Shown: positions 1 through 10,276 of the stretch, in pieces | Numbering within the stretch: the stretch's first letter is position 1 | How the letters are laid out: every line of letters starts with the position of its first letter | Program-made: the position numbers and the translations under genes | Source: a virus | Taxonomy: Duplodnaviria; Heunggongvirae; Uroviricota; Caudoviricetes | DNA length: 64,000 nucleotides | Strand: one strand, 5' to 3' | Virus record (IMG/VR): IMGVR_UViG_3300046522_000748 | The notes under the pieces: generated by a model | What the model saw: only the letters and a program-made list of their open reading frames with translations | Told to the model about the DNA's origin: nothing | The model's database searches: none

Positions 1-75
1 CAAGAAGGCATGCCTGCCATGTGATATACATCCGCCGTCCGATTAAGAGCGGCGGATAATTCGCCAAGGGATGAG

Positions 76-1353
76 TCAGTCGTCAAACTCGATATCTTCA
101 GGTTTTCTCAGGTACAAGCGTGCCTGAATATTCACAATTATAACTTGATCGGGGTCTTTCCTCATTCTGGCCAATTTGAGGGCTTCGAAGCTTGCGAAAT
201 CCGCACCGCTTGGATCATCATCGATATAGAGAATCATGTCCGAAAGAATCAGAAAACGCGGATCGAGGCTGGTGATCTTCTTTTCTCGCAATTTTTCGAG
301 CTTGGACAGGTGGAGTTCATTCAGTTCGAAGCCCGGCCCCATGAGTTCAGCGAATCGGTCGCGGATGTCGTAAATCGCATGGTCAATACAGGTATGCAGG
401 TTTTCTGATGGCAAGACGCCCTTAATCAGGTAGCCATCATCCAATACATTCAGTTTTTTTCGCAGGTAGCCAACCGGCATGCCGAATTTGCCGTACCCGG
501 CCAAACCGTCTTGGGGAGCCATGAGCCCGATAATTTCACGTAGTTCAGCTTCGTTGAGTTTTACGTTCATTTGCAGGGCTTTAATATTCTTCTTGATTGC
601 CGCATCCACATCAACCAACTCTTGTCCGGAGCGGACACGGAACTCGGCCAAAACTGTCATCTGGCAGCAGCGCAGTTTTGAATTCCTGTAATCATTTGGC
701 ACGCATACCACATCCCGAGGATGAACCTTTACCAGCACCAGACGGCTGCGGGAATCGCCACCGAAAAAGCCATTCGCCAGATACCCCACTGTGCAGACGT
801 GGAGGCCTGCTGAGCAGCTTTGCTCTGGATCGCTGCAAACATCTTCCCGTGGCATTGATGCGATTGCCCCAGGCTCATAGAAGACGGTCTGGCTATAGTG
901 ATCATAGAAGTCTTTGCGCACGGTTTTGTACGCCAGCATGTAACCATCATCAGTGATTGGCAGCGCGTTGTTTTCGATGAAGCCGTACAGCTCATTGACG
1001 GCCCGCTGAGCCGGGTTTTGTTTCAGGTTTTCCATGAACCGCAGAAATTTAGACGGATCTTCATTACGAGCGATCATTTCAGTAATTTTATCGCGCAGAA
1101 CGCTGTGCAATTCCTCACCGTCAAAAATCAGTGCGCCGTCATCAACGCTCATGCGGCCATTTTGTTGGGCGCAGAAAGCGCGGATGGGGTCAATCAGCGC
1201 CTGCACCTGAGCCACATCATCTTTTTTCAGAGCGAGGACGATTTCTGAGAATTTTGGATGATCTTTTCGAACCATGCACGGGCGTGCTTCGCCTGGAAGC
1301 ATCATGGAAACAACATCGGCGCGGATTACGAAAGAAATATTGGTGTTCGTCAT
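76..1353 (-). CDS. rIIB-like protein (425 aa)
   Basis: Long ORF 31 nt downstream of the rIIA-like GHKL ATPase gene on the same strand, which is the conserved phage rIIA-rIIB arrangement. I cannot name a diagnostic motif. Confidence 0.45.
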   Translation of the reverse strand: MTNTNISFVIRADVVSMMLPGEARPCMVRKDHPKFSEIVLALKKDDVAQVQALIDPIRAFCAQQNGRMSVDDGALIFDGEELHSVLRDKITEMIARNEDPSKFLRFMENLKQNPAQRAVNELYGFIENNALPITDDGYMLAYKTVRKDFYDHYSQTVFYEPGAIASMPREDVCSDPEQSCSAGLHVCTVGYLANGFFGGDSRSRLVLVKVHPRDVVCVPNDYRNSKLRCCQMTVLAEFRVRSGQELVDVDAAIKKNIKALQMNVKLNEAELREIIGLMAPQDGLAGYGKFGMPVGYLRKKLNVLDDGYLIKGVLPSENLHTCIDHAIYDIRDRFAELMGPGFELNELHLSKLEKLREKKITSLDPRFLILSDMILYIDDDPSGADFASFEALKLARMRKDPDQVIIVNIQARLYLRKPEDIEFDD

Positions 1354-1384
1354 TGGGTCTGCCTGTGAAATATGTGGGTTGCCT

Positions 1385-3730
1385 TCAGGCAGCCTTTGAA
1401 ATTGTGAAATTAATGTCGTTTTTTTGAGCCTTAACCATCATCACCATTGCGATGTAATTTCGCACCATGGCCTTGCGCTCTTCTGTGCCCGTACTGACCT
1501 TGTTGATCTCCGGATGCATCTGACTCAGCATTGGAAAGTCACTCAGCATGGTTTTCAGGGGATTCATACGCGTCTTCAGGCGGTTGATCCGATTGGTTGC
1601 TTGGATCGTCGCTTTTTTATTTTGTATCCAAAACGACGAGCCTTCACTGATGTACGATCTCGTATCGTTGCATTTGTCTCTGATGGCTCCGAGCCGTTCA
1701 GCCGCTTTGAATTTCCACGCTTGGGCGCCGAACAGGTCAGCACTCATGGCTTTGAGCTTGATGTGGTGCTCAATTCGCAAATCACCCAATTTGTAACTGT
1801 GACCAATCATTTGCTTGGCCATGGTGCGTACCATGGTCTTGTTCAATGTATGGTTTGGGTCATCACCAATGGTCTTGAGGACTGTATTGATGTCTACCAA
1901 ACAGGTGAAGTCTGACAAAACATCGAGGGTTTTCTTTTCGAGTGCGATGAGCCCCGAAAAGCCTTCAATGTTTTGAATGTTGGGCAAAAAGCCCAAGGTT
2001 GTGGCGACTTCCATCACAATGGCGCACGGTGATTCCCATTTGCTGTTGCTTCTCTTAAGGAAATAATAAACTGGTTCTGCATTCTCAGTGGCATTTTTGA
2101 GAACGTCATACAGATCTGCGGGCTTTATTTCTGTGACATTGCTGATCGAGTAGCGTGAGCTGTACACCTTTTTCACGCGTTCCAGCAATGGCACTGCCTG
2201 GGCCTTGTCAATCATGCGCTTGTGTTCGGCGCGTGCTTGATCAGCCAGGACTTGAATCAATTCTTCAGTCAGTAGCGGAGGATTGCCAAGCTGGCGAATG
2301 AGGTGATTGGCAGCCTCCATTGGAATAGGTTTACCGCGCTCCCCTTCAATAACGAGCAAACTACAGCCTTTCGCGTACATATAGGTGTTGAGCAGCTCGC
2401 GGTTTAGTGTGCGTGTTGTTTTCACCAACACATGCAAATTTGATTTAGGCGTAATTTCCGAAAACACTGATTTGCGCGAACTTCTTTTGATTGGTTCAGC
2501 GAAACGCAGGGTCATCAAGCGCATTTCTTTCGGCTCTACGTAGAGCTTTTTGATCTCCAAATCCCTCAGGCTCAGATCTTGGAAGTCAAAATGAGTCTGT
2601 TGTATCGTATCCAAACCCAGCATCATCAACAAATCGCCAGCCATCTGGTCGTTGATATGCTGCATCAGTTGCCAGTCGGTCATGTCAGTGCTGACGCGTT
2701 CGAGCTTTTTCTTCACGAATTTGACGATTTCGCGCATTCGACGTTCGATGGCACGGCACGTCAGCTCAGTGTATTGCAGCTTCTCGCGGCCAGTATCGAG
2801 GTTCACCGGAGTTTTGCTGATGTCCAGCTCGATGACCAAGCCTTGTAGGCGTTTGATGTTCAGGTCGCCCAGGGTATAGCTGTTTTGAGCCGCCATGGTC
2901 TCAAAATCGAGTGGATAGCTGATGCCACCAATTACAACGCTGTTATGGTTGATATGGTTGTAGGCATCTGAGAACGTTTCTTTACTGCTGTTGTTCGAAA
3001 CTTGCAGGTATTTCCAGCCTTTGCTGGAATGCTTCACCAGTTTATTCAAGCTCCCACGCAAAGCCAAGACTTTATCGGTGATGTCTTTGCCGATGAACAC
3101 AGGAATGGAGGCGGTGTGCTGATACAGCTTAATGGCCTCGATCTCAAAGGTGTCAATGTCGGCAATTTCAACCGGGACGTTCACAATGACGCCATTGGCG
3201 TGATCAGTCGGCCCTTCCGCCAGCAGGGTCATGTGGGGGTAATTCGCCTCATCTTTGTAGCATTGGTAGAGGCAGCGCTGGCCATCTTTGAAAGCTTCCA
3301 CGGTAAACATACTGGAATAGGAAAATGGCGACTTGCTGCCTACTCCAAAAAAGCCGTTGTTCTTTTTGCGTTTCGCCGACAGAGACATGAAAAAGTTGCC
3401 AATGAGTTTTTCCACCTCTGTCCCGAACAGGCCAATCCCTGAGTCTTCGATGATCAGATAGGGTTCTGCGTGCGTGGGCAAATGCACATGAATCGGTTCA
3501 AGGGGTTTGCCAGCATCGATGTGTGAATCCAATGCGTTGGTGGATAGCTCGCGAAGCACGGCTTCCTGGCGACGATGGTGCGAGTAGATGTTGGAAGACA
3601 ACACATGAGCAGCCATGGCGACGTTCGAGAAACCGTAAGCTACCCCCTCCCCCATGTTGCTGCGCTGCACTTCAACGGCTTTTGGATTGATCTGCATGGC
3701 TATCCCGGCGAGTAATTTGATAAACGTCAT
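1385..3730 (-). CDS. rIIA: rIIA-like protein with N-terminal GHKL/HATPase_c domain (781 aa)
   Basis: Bergerat-fold motifs near the N-terminus: N-box ELSTNALDS, G1-box IEDSGIGL, G2-like GVGSKS. The size and the downstream partner gene match phage rIIA. Confidence 0.6.
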   Translation of the reverse strand: MTFIKLLAGIAMQINPKAVEVQRSNMGEGVAYGFSNVAMAAHVLSSNIYSHHRRQEAVLRELSTNALDSHIDAGKPLEPIHVHLPTHAEPYLIIEDSGIGLFGTEVEKLIGNFFMSLSAKRKKNNGFFGVGSKSPFSYSSMFTVEAFKDGQRCLYQCYKDEANYPHMTLLAEGPTDHANGVIVNVPVEIADIDTFEIEAIKLYQHTASIPVFIGKDITDKVLALRGSLNKLVKHSSKGWKYLQVSNNSSKETFSDAYNHINHNSVVIGGISYPLDFETMAAQNSYTLGDLNIKRLQGLVIELDISKTPVNLDTGREKLQYTELTCRAIERRMREIVKFVKKKLERVSTDMTDWQLMQHINDQMAGDLLMMLGLDTIQQTHFDFQDLSLRDLEIKKLYVEPKEMRLMTLRFAEPIKRSSRKSVFSEITPKSNLHVLVKTTRTLNRELLNTYMYAKGCSLLVIEGERGKPIPMEAANHLIRQLGNPPLLTEELIQVLADQARAEHKRMIDKAQAVPLLERVKKVYSSRYSISNVTEIKPADLYDVLKNATENAEPVYYFLKRSNSKWESPCAIVMEVATTLGFLPNIQNIEGFSGLIALEKKTLDVLSDFTCLVDINTVLKTIGDDPNHTLNKTMVRTMAKQMIGHSYKLGDLRIEHHIKLKAMSADLFGAQAWKFKAAERLGAIRDKCNDTRSYISEGSSFWIQNKKATIQATNRINRLKTRMNPLKTMLSDFPMLSQMHPEINKVSTGTEERKAMVRNYIAMVMMVKAQKNDINFTISKAA

Positions 3731-3758
3731 ATTATATGTCGCCGTGCGATTTTGTCAA
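3731..3758 (-). promoter_or_regulatory. sigma70-like promoter (TTGACA-N16-TATAAT) directly upstream of rIIA
   Basis: Minus-strand -35 TTGACA lies at 3753-3758 and -10 TATAAT at 3731-3736. The -10 abuts the annotated ATG, so the true start may be the internal Met (MQINPKAV). Confidence 0.4.
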
Positions 3759-3791
3759 TGCAACTTACGCAAGTCTTTTCGGTAAATGGTA

Positions 3792-3820
3792 TTGACATTT
3801 GTGTCGCATTTGGCTATTAT
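3792..3820 (+). promoter_or_regulatory. sigma70-like promoter (TTGACA-N17-TATTAT), divergent from the rIIA promoter
   Basis: TTGACA at 3792-3797, a 17-nt spacer, then TATTAT at 3815-3820. Confidence 0.45.
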
Positions 3821-3851
3821 GAGCCCATATTCTTCAGCCCATGGATGCCTC

Positions 3852-4625
3852 ATGAAATTCTTGAAACCTGAACACATGCTCTTGCTGAATCAGTCGTGTG
3901 CTGACATTGATGGCATGATTCGCCTGACTGAGCGCATTCATGATCCGGAACAGCGGGAAAACATCGTGCGCAAGCTGGCTGACGCCAAGGATACCTTGGC
4001 GGCACAATACGGGGAGCTTGAGCAGGATGATGGCTCGCTTCTGGTAAAGCACCCGGCCTTCTGCCTGATCTACATTGATGAGGATTTGCTCGATGAGCCG
4101 GTGAAATTGTTTTTCGCCAAGACCAAGGCGCTCAGCTCGATCAAAATCTCCGTTTACCGGGCGGATGCCCGCGTCCTACCCAACGGTAACGTTACTTACG
4201 AGCGACGTGAGCAGTTGGCAGGTGTGGAACTCACTCAGGAAGTGTTTTCAAAGTGGATTACGATTTCTGGCAGTGGCCGTTTCCCAGCGACTATCCGAAA
4301 TTTTGCAGGTCAGAACCTGAGTTATCCAGGTGATGCCTCTGAGCAGTCGTCACGAATGCTGATGGACGCCGCCTACAAGGTGCCCGATGGCTTCGAAAAG
4401 TGGGGGCAGGACATTCTGAACATCGTCAGTACCCGAGCGGCCAAAGGTGGTGTGATGAGCAAGTCGGCGCGTGATGAAATCCGTAATACAAGCAGTACGC
4501 TTGAGAGTTGGATGGCATCCAACCCGAATTTTTATGCCCGAGAACTGGCCAAGCATGTCACTCAGGTGGCAAACAATATTGAGATGGAAGTCGTTGCCGC
4601 CAGCAAGCTTAAGGGGGAGAAATAA
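3852..4625 (+). CDS. hypothetical protein (start set at MKFLKPEH)
   Basis: ORF-track frame 3786..4625. The start is placed downstream of the promoter at the in-frame ATG. Confidence 0.45.
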   Translation: MKFLKPEHMLLLNQSCADIDGMIRLTERIHDPEQRENIVRKLADAKDTLAAQYGELEQDDGSLLVKHPAFCLIYIDEDLLDEPVKLFFAKTKALSSIKISVYRADARVLPNGNVTYERREQLAGVELTQEVFSKWITISGSGRFPATIRNFAGQNLSYPGDASEQSSRMLMDAAYKVPDGFEKWGQDILNIVSTRAAKGGVMSKSARDEIRNTSSTLESWMASNPNFYARELAKHVTQVANNIEMEVVAASKLKGEK

Positions 4626-5539
4626 TGCTTTTTCAAACTGATCTTCGTGTTCTGGGCTTGACCGAGGGCGAAGCAAATTTGCTGATTGGTGCTGCCAATG
4701 ATGCAATGGCTACAGTACGCACACACATCACGCCTCATCAAATGCGTGACGCGGAGTACGCTGACAAGGCGTTGACCGAAAAGGTTAATGGTGGGGTTAT
4801 TGAGGCGGCTGAAAAAGCTGAGCTGTTTTCGGCCTTCATGCTTCACAACCGGGATTGGGGTAGTTTTTCCCCTCGCACCTTGGGCGAAAGAGTTGTCGCT
4901 AGCGGTGATTCCTTCGCCGAGCACCCGAGTTTCGGCAGTATTGACCGCAGTATGTTCACGACCACTGCGCCGCGTGTCTTCGGTTCGCCAAACACCAGCC
5001 GCAGCATGACTGGTCTTCGATTTCACCGTGGAGTCGTTGAGGTGGATGATAAGATGCTTGCAGGGCGTGAGCCGTATCTTCGTGAAGGCATGACATTGCT
5101 GGAGTTGCACCTGTCGCTGGATCAGTTCTCTGGCTTGTTGCGTGACCGCCATAGTAATAGTCCCTGCGCATTGGAGCACTGGAACTATCGTTATCTCGAC
5201 GTTCCGCCTCGGATGCTGTCCACTTTCGACTCCGTTGAAGGGGTGGAAAAGCGTTCCATAGCTGTGTGTAAGCCGGTCATAGATGCAATCAGGTCGATGG
5301 GTGTCTATTTGTCCGAAAAGGCAAAAATCAGCACTCAGGCTGATTATGCTGAGCTTCAGGTATTCGCCAGGGCGATTCAGGATGCGCTCATTCAAGCTCG
5401 TGAGCCCATGCAGCAGGTGTTGAAAGATGCTGCTGGAACCTCGGCAGAAGCAGCGACCCGTCAGTTGATTGCTAATATCGCCGAACCGCTCAAGGCGCTT
5501 GGCATGGATGCAGACTCGCTACTGCTTCAGTTGAAATAG
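4625..5539 (+). CDS. hypothetical protein (304 aa)
   Basis: Start overlaps the upstream stop (TAATG), suggesting translational coupling. Confidence 0.5.
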   Translation: MLFQTDLRVLGLTEGEANLLIGAANDAMATVRTHITPHQMRDAEYADKALTEKVNGGVIEAAEKAELFSAFMLHNRDWGSFSPRTLGERVVASGDSFAEHPSFGSIDRSMFTTTAPRVFGSPNTSRSMTGLRFHRGVVEVDDKMLAGREPYLREGMTLLELHLSLDQFSGLLRDRHSNSPCALEHWNYRYLDVPPRMLSTFDSVEGVEKRSIAVCKPVIDAIRSMGVYLSEKAKISTQADYAELQVFARAIQDALIQAREPMQQVLKDAAGTSAEAATRQLIANIAEPLKALGMDADSLLLQLK

Positions 5540-5711
5540 GTGTGAGTCCAGGGTAATTGTAAACAGCTTGCAGTTACCCTGGGCCTCAATTAATATCGTT
5601 AAAAACTAGCAGACATATTGAGTCTGTCATATCGTTGCACGGTGCCTGATCAACAATCTTGTGGCGCCTCACGTTTTCTTGATGTCAAATTAATCTATCC
5701 AAAGGTGCCTG

Positions 5712-6725
5712 ATGCGTCATATTGCTATTGCTGTGCTGGTCTCTGGTCTGCTTGCGGGCTGTGCTGTGAATCAACCTGAGCAAGCCCCCTCCAATCCTGT
5801 AGTCGCCCCTGTGGCTGCCCCTCAGGACGCCACAAGTAATCTGCCGCAGGTCGCTGTCTCTGAGGCTGACGTTTTGCTTCAGGATGCTTACCGCGCCGAA
5901 GAGCGTAAGGACATGGAGTCAGCATTGCCGCTCTATGAAGAGTCTGCGCGAAAAGGCAGTGCAAAAGCACACTATGAGCTGGCCCGTCTCTATGCACAGG
6001 GCGCTGATGGCGTAGTTAAGGATCTGGCGGTGGCGAACCGTCATTTGATCGAAGCGTCCAGCATGGGTAATGATGAGGCTACGCGTGTTTTGGCGTGGCA
6101 GTACCTGCGTGGAGCCGGTGTTGAAAAAAATCAGGTGAAAGCAGTCGAGCTTTTTGATCAGGCGGCAAAAACCAGCCTGCGAGCACAGCGTGAAGCTGGC
6201 ATGCTGTACGTGAATGCCTACCCGCAATACGCACTGAATGATTCGAAAAAGGGGCTGTCGTACTTGCACACGGCTACTCAAGCAGGTGATGCCGAATCCG
6301 CTTTTTATCTGTACAAAACCGTTACACAAATGGGTGCTCCAACGGATGAGTCCGATGCGGCCCTCGTGATGGCTGTGCAAAAAGGCTATCCAAAGGCATT
6401 GTTTCTGGCGGGCAGCGTGGCCATGAAACAAGGCAAGTACGAGCAGGCTAGTCAGATCTACCTGAAGGCTGCCATGAATGATGATGCGGCATCCATGTAC
6501 GAGTACGCGAACAACGTGCTGCTGAAGAAATTCAAATCCAATGAGCGCGAACTGGAAGCCTGCACATGGTTCGCCATTGCCGCATCAAAAAATAATGAAG
6601 CGTCGATCAATGAGCTGGTGGCTCAGGCAGGCCTGCGTCGTATGCTGGAGAAAAAACAGCCTGGGCGACTCGATAACATGATTGCCAGCACCAAGCAGTT
6701 GATTCGCCCGTGGAAAGCCGAATGA
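5712..6725 (+). CDS. Sel1/TPR-repeat lipoprotein
   Basis: Signal peptide ending in the lipobox LLAGC. Repeated Sel1-like units (AKAHYELARLYAQG; NDEATRVLAWQYLRG). AGGTG Shine-Dalgarno 7 nt before the ATG. Confidence 0.6.
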   Translation: MRHIAIAVLVSGLLAGCAVNQPEQAPSNPVVAPVAAPQDATSNLPQVAVSEADVLLQDAYRAEERKDMESALPLYEESARKGSAKAHYELARLYAQGADGVVKDLAVANRHLIEASSMGNDEATRVLAWQYLRGAGVEKNQVKAVELFDQAAKTSLRAQREAGMLYVNAYPQYALNDSKKGLSYLHTATQAGDAESAFYLYKTVTQMGAPTDESDAALVMAVQKGYPKALFLAGSVAMKQGKYEQASQIYLKAAMNDDAASMYEYANNVLLKKFKSNERELEACTWFAIAASKNNEASINELVAQAGLRRMLEKKQPGRLDNMIASTKQLIRPWKAE

Positions 6726-6860
6726 TAATGCTGTAACATGGTAACCAGAGCGCGCTTGAGCCTTCTCGCTCTTAAAAACCAGATAAGGCCCGCGTAGCAC
6801 CTGTTGTCGGTCGGTTCGTAAAGAGCAAAAGGCAGCCAGTTGGGCAGCGGCCAACTCCTA

Positions 6861-6890
6861 AATCCCGGACTTGTTCCGGGATTTTTGTTT
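6861..6890 (+). terminator. rho-independent terminator
   Basis: Stem AATCCCGGA cttgt TCCGGGATT followed by TTTTGTTT. Confidence 0.6.
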
Positions 6891-6945
6891 GAGTTCGTTT
6901 AGGCTTGGCATTCCGTATCAGGGGTATCTTGGCATGTCATTGTTA

Positions 6946-6974
6946 TTGACATTTTCCGCAAGCATCCATATAAT
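6946..6974 (+). promoter_or_regulatory. consensus sigma70 promoter (TTGACA-N17-TATAAT)
   Basis: TTGACA at 6946-6951, a 17-nt spacer, TATAAT at 6969-6974, 30 nt upstream of the 7005 ATG. Confidence 0.5.
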
Positions 6975-7004
6975 TCACACTATTGAAAACATTGAGTTAG
7001 AAAT

Positions 7005-7856
7005 ATGAACAATATTCAGATTGCCAAGGGCGTGACGTATTTTAAGGTTGAGGTTGTTGGCCATGGTTTGGCTACCCAGCCTGCTACAATCAAGCGCCTT
7101 ATGGCCAAGACGGATTCGTATTTTGACGATAAAGATCAGACCCCGTATTGCGTCTTCCAGGAAGTCGATTCAAATGGCGCTGCAATCAACAAGTCCTTTC
7201 GCGAAGACATGTTGTTTTGGCACATGAACGACACCGTACGGGGAGCAAAAGTCCACTTGTTTGACTCTTCTGAGTTGGCAGTGGCCTTTGCTGCTGCTCT
7301 GGATCTGGAGAAGGATCACAAGATTGCTCGTATCCGAGAGGATGCGATTGCTAATAATCTGATCTTGCTCGAAGAGATGGTTCCAGGCTTTGTTTTCCAT
7401 TGCTCGCACGTCATTGAGAGCATGAGCCGTACATACGTCGAATCCTTTGAGGTTGTCTCCTCGCCAGTGTTCAATGAGGTGGTTGGGTCATACTTCGTAT
7501 TGGTTCGCAATCTTAACGCCGGTCATGAGGTCAGCCGAAGCCTGTGTGATATGTCTATTGGAGAGCTTAACTCCCATAACAAACACCGAAGCTTCAGGCA
7601 GCTAAGGGAGGCAGAGGCCTACGTTGATGAGTTTAATAAGACTCGTACGCAGCTAGATCTTGCTCATGTGTGGTCATCCTTTCATGATCGTTTTTTTGAT
7701 CACACACGTTTTACAGCAATAGACCTTGACCGGCGTGATTCAAGCTCCTTCTTTATGCCGCCACAACGCGAGCGCCTTCCAAAGCGACCACACGGCAAGA
7801 ACAATTTTAAACAGAATCCTTCGCGCAACACTGGGCCAAAAACTGGTCGCTGGTAA
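7005..7856 (+). CDS. hypothetical protein (283 aa)
   Basis: Long ORF downstream of the consensus promoter. Confidence 0.5.
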   Translation: MNNIQIAKGVTYFKVEVVGHGLATQPATIKRLMAKTDSYFDDKDQTPYCVFQEVDSNGAAINKSFREDMLFWHMNDTVRGAKVHLFDSSELAVAFAAALDLEKDHKIARIREDAIANNLILLEEMVPGFVFHCSHVIESMSRTYVESFEVVSSPVFNEVVGSYFVLVRNLNAGHEVSRSLCDMSIGELNSHNKHRSFRQLREAEAYVDEFNKTRTQLDLAHVWSSFHDRFFDHTRFTAIDLDRRDSSSFFMPPQRERLPKRPHGKNNFKQNPSRNTGPKTGRW

Positions 7857-7947
7857 TCCCTGCGAGAGGTCTTCTACACATGCGCCATAATTGACATTTT
7901 GCCATTATTATTGTACAGTTCAGTGATTATTGACCTTGGACTCCATT

Positions 7948-8382
7948 ATGACTAATAGTACAACGCCCCCTGCTGTGGATCAGTTTTTCAATATCGTTGA
8001 GATGCTTGCAGAGGTGGCCAAAGCTGCACACTATCTCTGTGAAGACTCGATGGAAAATGAGCATGGGGCAATTGTTGCCGACGAAAAGAGCTGGGAGGCC
8101 CTCAGTAATAAGCTGGATCAACTGGATACGCTGCCAGAAATTGACGATGGCTATGTGCGTGATGGTTGGCTGCGGGCGCTGAAACACCTTCAGCATCTGA
8201 GAATTGTTGGTTACGCAGTTAAATGGCAGGATGGCAAAATTGAACAACGTGGGCCGTATCTAGAGGCTGCTCAGCAATATGCTGATGCCTGGAATGCGGG
8301 TGTTGAAGACAATAAGGCTCGGGTGATCGAAGTGTACGCCTATGACCCTGTTATCGTTCCAGATAAGGTGACCAGTGAATGA
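7948..8382 (+). CDS. hypothetical protein
   Basis: Start at MTNSTTPP. First gene of a coupled run 7948-9530. Confidence 0.45.
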   Translation: MTNSTTPPAVDQFFNIVEMLAEVAKAAHYLCEDSMENEHGAIVADEKSWEALSNKLDQLDTLPEIDDGYVRDGWLRALKHLQHLRIVGYAVKWQDGKIEQRGPYLEAAQQYADAWNAGVEDNKARVIEVYAYDPVIVPDKVTSE

Positions 8383-8855
8383 GACACTCCTATCACAGTA
8401 ACAACCATGTTGACTGGTCTAAAGCGCCGCAAGAGGCTGTTGGTGTCATGCTTGGCCCGTGCATCACTCGGCAAGGGTTTGATGGAAAGTACACCCATTG
8501 TGAACAGGTTTTCGTCTATTCCTATCCGTACCAGGAATTTGATTACCACAAGGTTGAGAACCAATACGGCGAGATTTCTGGATTTGGTGTTCGGGTCTGG
8601 TCTTTCCGGCCTCATCCTGACTTTGCCAAGCGTATCGGCCAGATCCCCGGCAATGCCGAGTACATGAACCGTGCAAACGGTATGCTTTATCGTAAAAACC
8701 CTCAGGCCCCTCATTCTGACCATGCTAAGGCTGAACGCCTTGAATTGTGTTGGCAAGGTCATACCGGCGCTTGGGTGGACACCTCAATGGCCAATGTGGC
8801 ATTGGATTTTAACAGCAATAAATATGAGAAATTCCCTCAGGGCGTTAATCCATGA
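8379..8855 (+). CDS. hypothetical protein (158 aa)
   Basis: ATGA stop/start overlap with the upstream gene. Confidence 0.45.
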   Translation: MRHSYHSNNHVDWSKAPQEAVGVMLGPCITRQGFDGKYTHCEQVFVYSYPYQEFDYHKVENQYGEISGFGVRVWSFRPHPDFAKRIGQIPGNAEYMNRANGMLYRKNPQAPHSDHAKAERLELCWQGHTGAWVDTSMANVALDFNSNKYEKFPQGVNP

Positions 8856-9235
8856 TGTCGCTTGAGCAGGAGTTGCAATCCTATTTGGTGCTTCCAGCCG
8901 ACTGGGACGGCTATGGCGGTGTGCCCGCCCCAAAGGGCGTAGTTGAGGATGCCTTGAGGTGGTTGGCCACCCTGCCCTCTAGTGACGCCCTGCCCTTGCC
9001 CATGGTGGCCGGTGACGGTGAGGTGTCGCTTTATTGGGATGTCGTCGGTCTGTATCTGGAGGTGTCTTTTCCTGGGGATTCGACTTGTCACTTCATTGCC
9101 GTTTCTGAAAAAGAGCGTTATGGCTGTGACGATCTCAGCATCGCTGAGGCGGCTCGGGATTCGAGGTTTTTGAGGTATTACTCGCTCGCACAGAAAACAA
9201 TTATTGAAAGGCGTGTCAATGAAACGAATTTCTGA
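8852..9235 (+). CDS. hypothetical protein (127 aa)
   Basis: ATGA overlap with the upstream gene. Confidence 0.45.
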   Translation: MMSLEQELQSYLVLPADWDGYGGVPAPKGVVEDALRWLATLPSSDALPLPMVAGDGEVSLYWDVVGLYLEVSFPGDSTCHFIAVSEKERYGCDDLSIAEAARDSRFLRYYSLAQKTIIERRVNETNF

Positions 9236-9530
9236 TGGAATTATTGAGTGTCCCAATACCGGGATCTGTAAAATCGATATTGATAAAATCTGCCAAGCAT
9301 TTCGTGAATCGTCACTGATTTCTGAGTATGACGGTGAGTTTAGACTGTATGACTATACGCCTGTCAGAATGCTTCAGCGTACAAAAATAACCATTTCTCA
9401 ACGTGACGCAGAGACGATCATTGCTCAACTAAGCTTGTTGAAATGTCAAGACGGTGTGTTTGGCAAGGCTTATAAGTACGTATTGACGCATAAACTTGTC
9501 AGAAATACGTATAAGAAAAATAAGGTTTGA
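9219..9530 (+). CDS. hypothetical protein (start at MKRISDG)
   Basis: ORF 9204..9530. The internal ATG gives a shorter overlap with the upstream gene. Confidence 0.35.
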   Translation: MKRISDGIIECPNTGICKIDIDKICQAFRESSLISEYDGEFRLYDYTPVRMLQRTKITISQRDAETIIAQLSLLKCQDGVFGKAYKYVLTHKLVRNTYKKNKV

Positions 9531-9802
9531 TGCGCCTTCCTTTGCGCTCACATCTCTGAGTCCTTCTGCTCATCTATTTCTTTTAGTCGCATTCGTATAA
9601 ACGCTCTGCGCTGCTCGCCAGTAAGTCCAGGTGGAAATGAAATTGTAGGGCCACTCATGGCCTCCTTCATTTTCTCAAGATCGAAATTAAAGGTGTATTC
9701 GGCGTCTGTATTAGCAGTCATTTGATATCCGTAACATTGATTTCTGTTTATAATGACAACAGATATTCTTAATTGCAAGCCAATACCTATGAGGAACTAA
9801 CA

Positions 9803-10264
9803 ATGTGGCAATCAATAATGATACTGGGCCAAGATCACTGGCAGATCGATCTTGTCATCAACACACATGAAACTGAAGACGAGGCTATTCTCTGCGCCAG
9901 CAAGGGAAGATTCTCGCCGCGACTGGTTATTCATGGTGACGATTACGCTTTGGAAATCCAGGTCGATGGTGTTAGCAAATACTATCGAGACAAAGATATT
10001 GTAGTGACGGAAATTTCCAAAGAAAAACGAGCGGTGTTGGGAATGCCGCTCGACCCATCCAATGCCGAGGACTTCAAGCAGATTCAGGCATCCATGGACG
10101 CAATTGAGGCGGGAGAGGATCATCCTCGTATCGTCACGGAAGCAGATATGGTGCCCTCTACTATCCGCTTGGAGCATCTCATTATCATGAATGGTGTCGG
10201 GAGTACCATTGACCACCTCGCTTGGGGCGTTGATCCTGTCCCTCAACTTCCTGAACAAAAATAA
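9803..10264 (+). CDS. hypothetical protein
   Basis: GAGGAA Shine-Dalgarno 5 nt before the ATG (MWQSIMIL). Confidence 0.45.
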   Translation: MWQSIMILGQDHWQIDLVINTHETEDEAILCASKGRFSPRLVIHGDDYALEIQVDGVSKYYRDKDIVVTEISKEKRAVLGMPLDPSNAEDFKQIQASMDAIEAGEDHPRIVTEADMVPSTIRLEHLIIMNGVGSTIDHLAWGVDPVPQLPEQK

Positions 10265-10276
10265 GGACTCTAAATC

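Noticed and set aside
145-3442. Plus-strand ORFs inside the rIIA/rIIB genes (145..408, 898..1248, 1424..1915, 3002..3442 and others)
   Set aside because: Antisense to long, motif-supported genes.
9548-9778. 76-aa minus-strand ORF
   Set aside because: Sits in a promoter/leader gap and overlaps the start of the 9803 gene. It is AT-rich with no Shine-Dalgarno.
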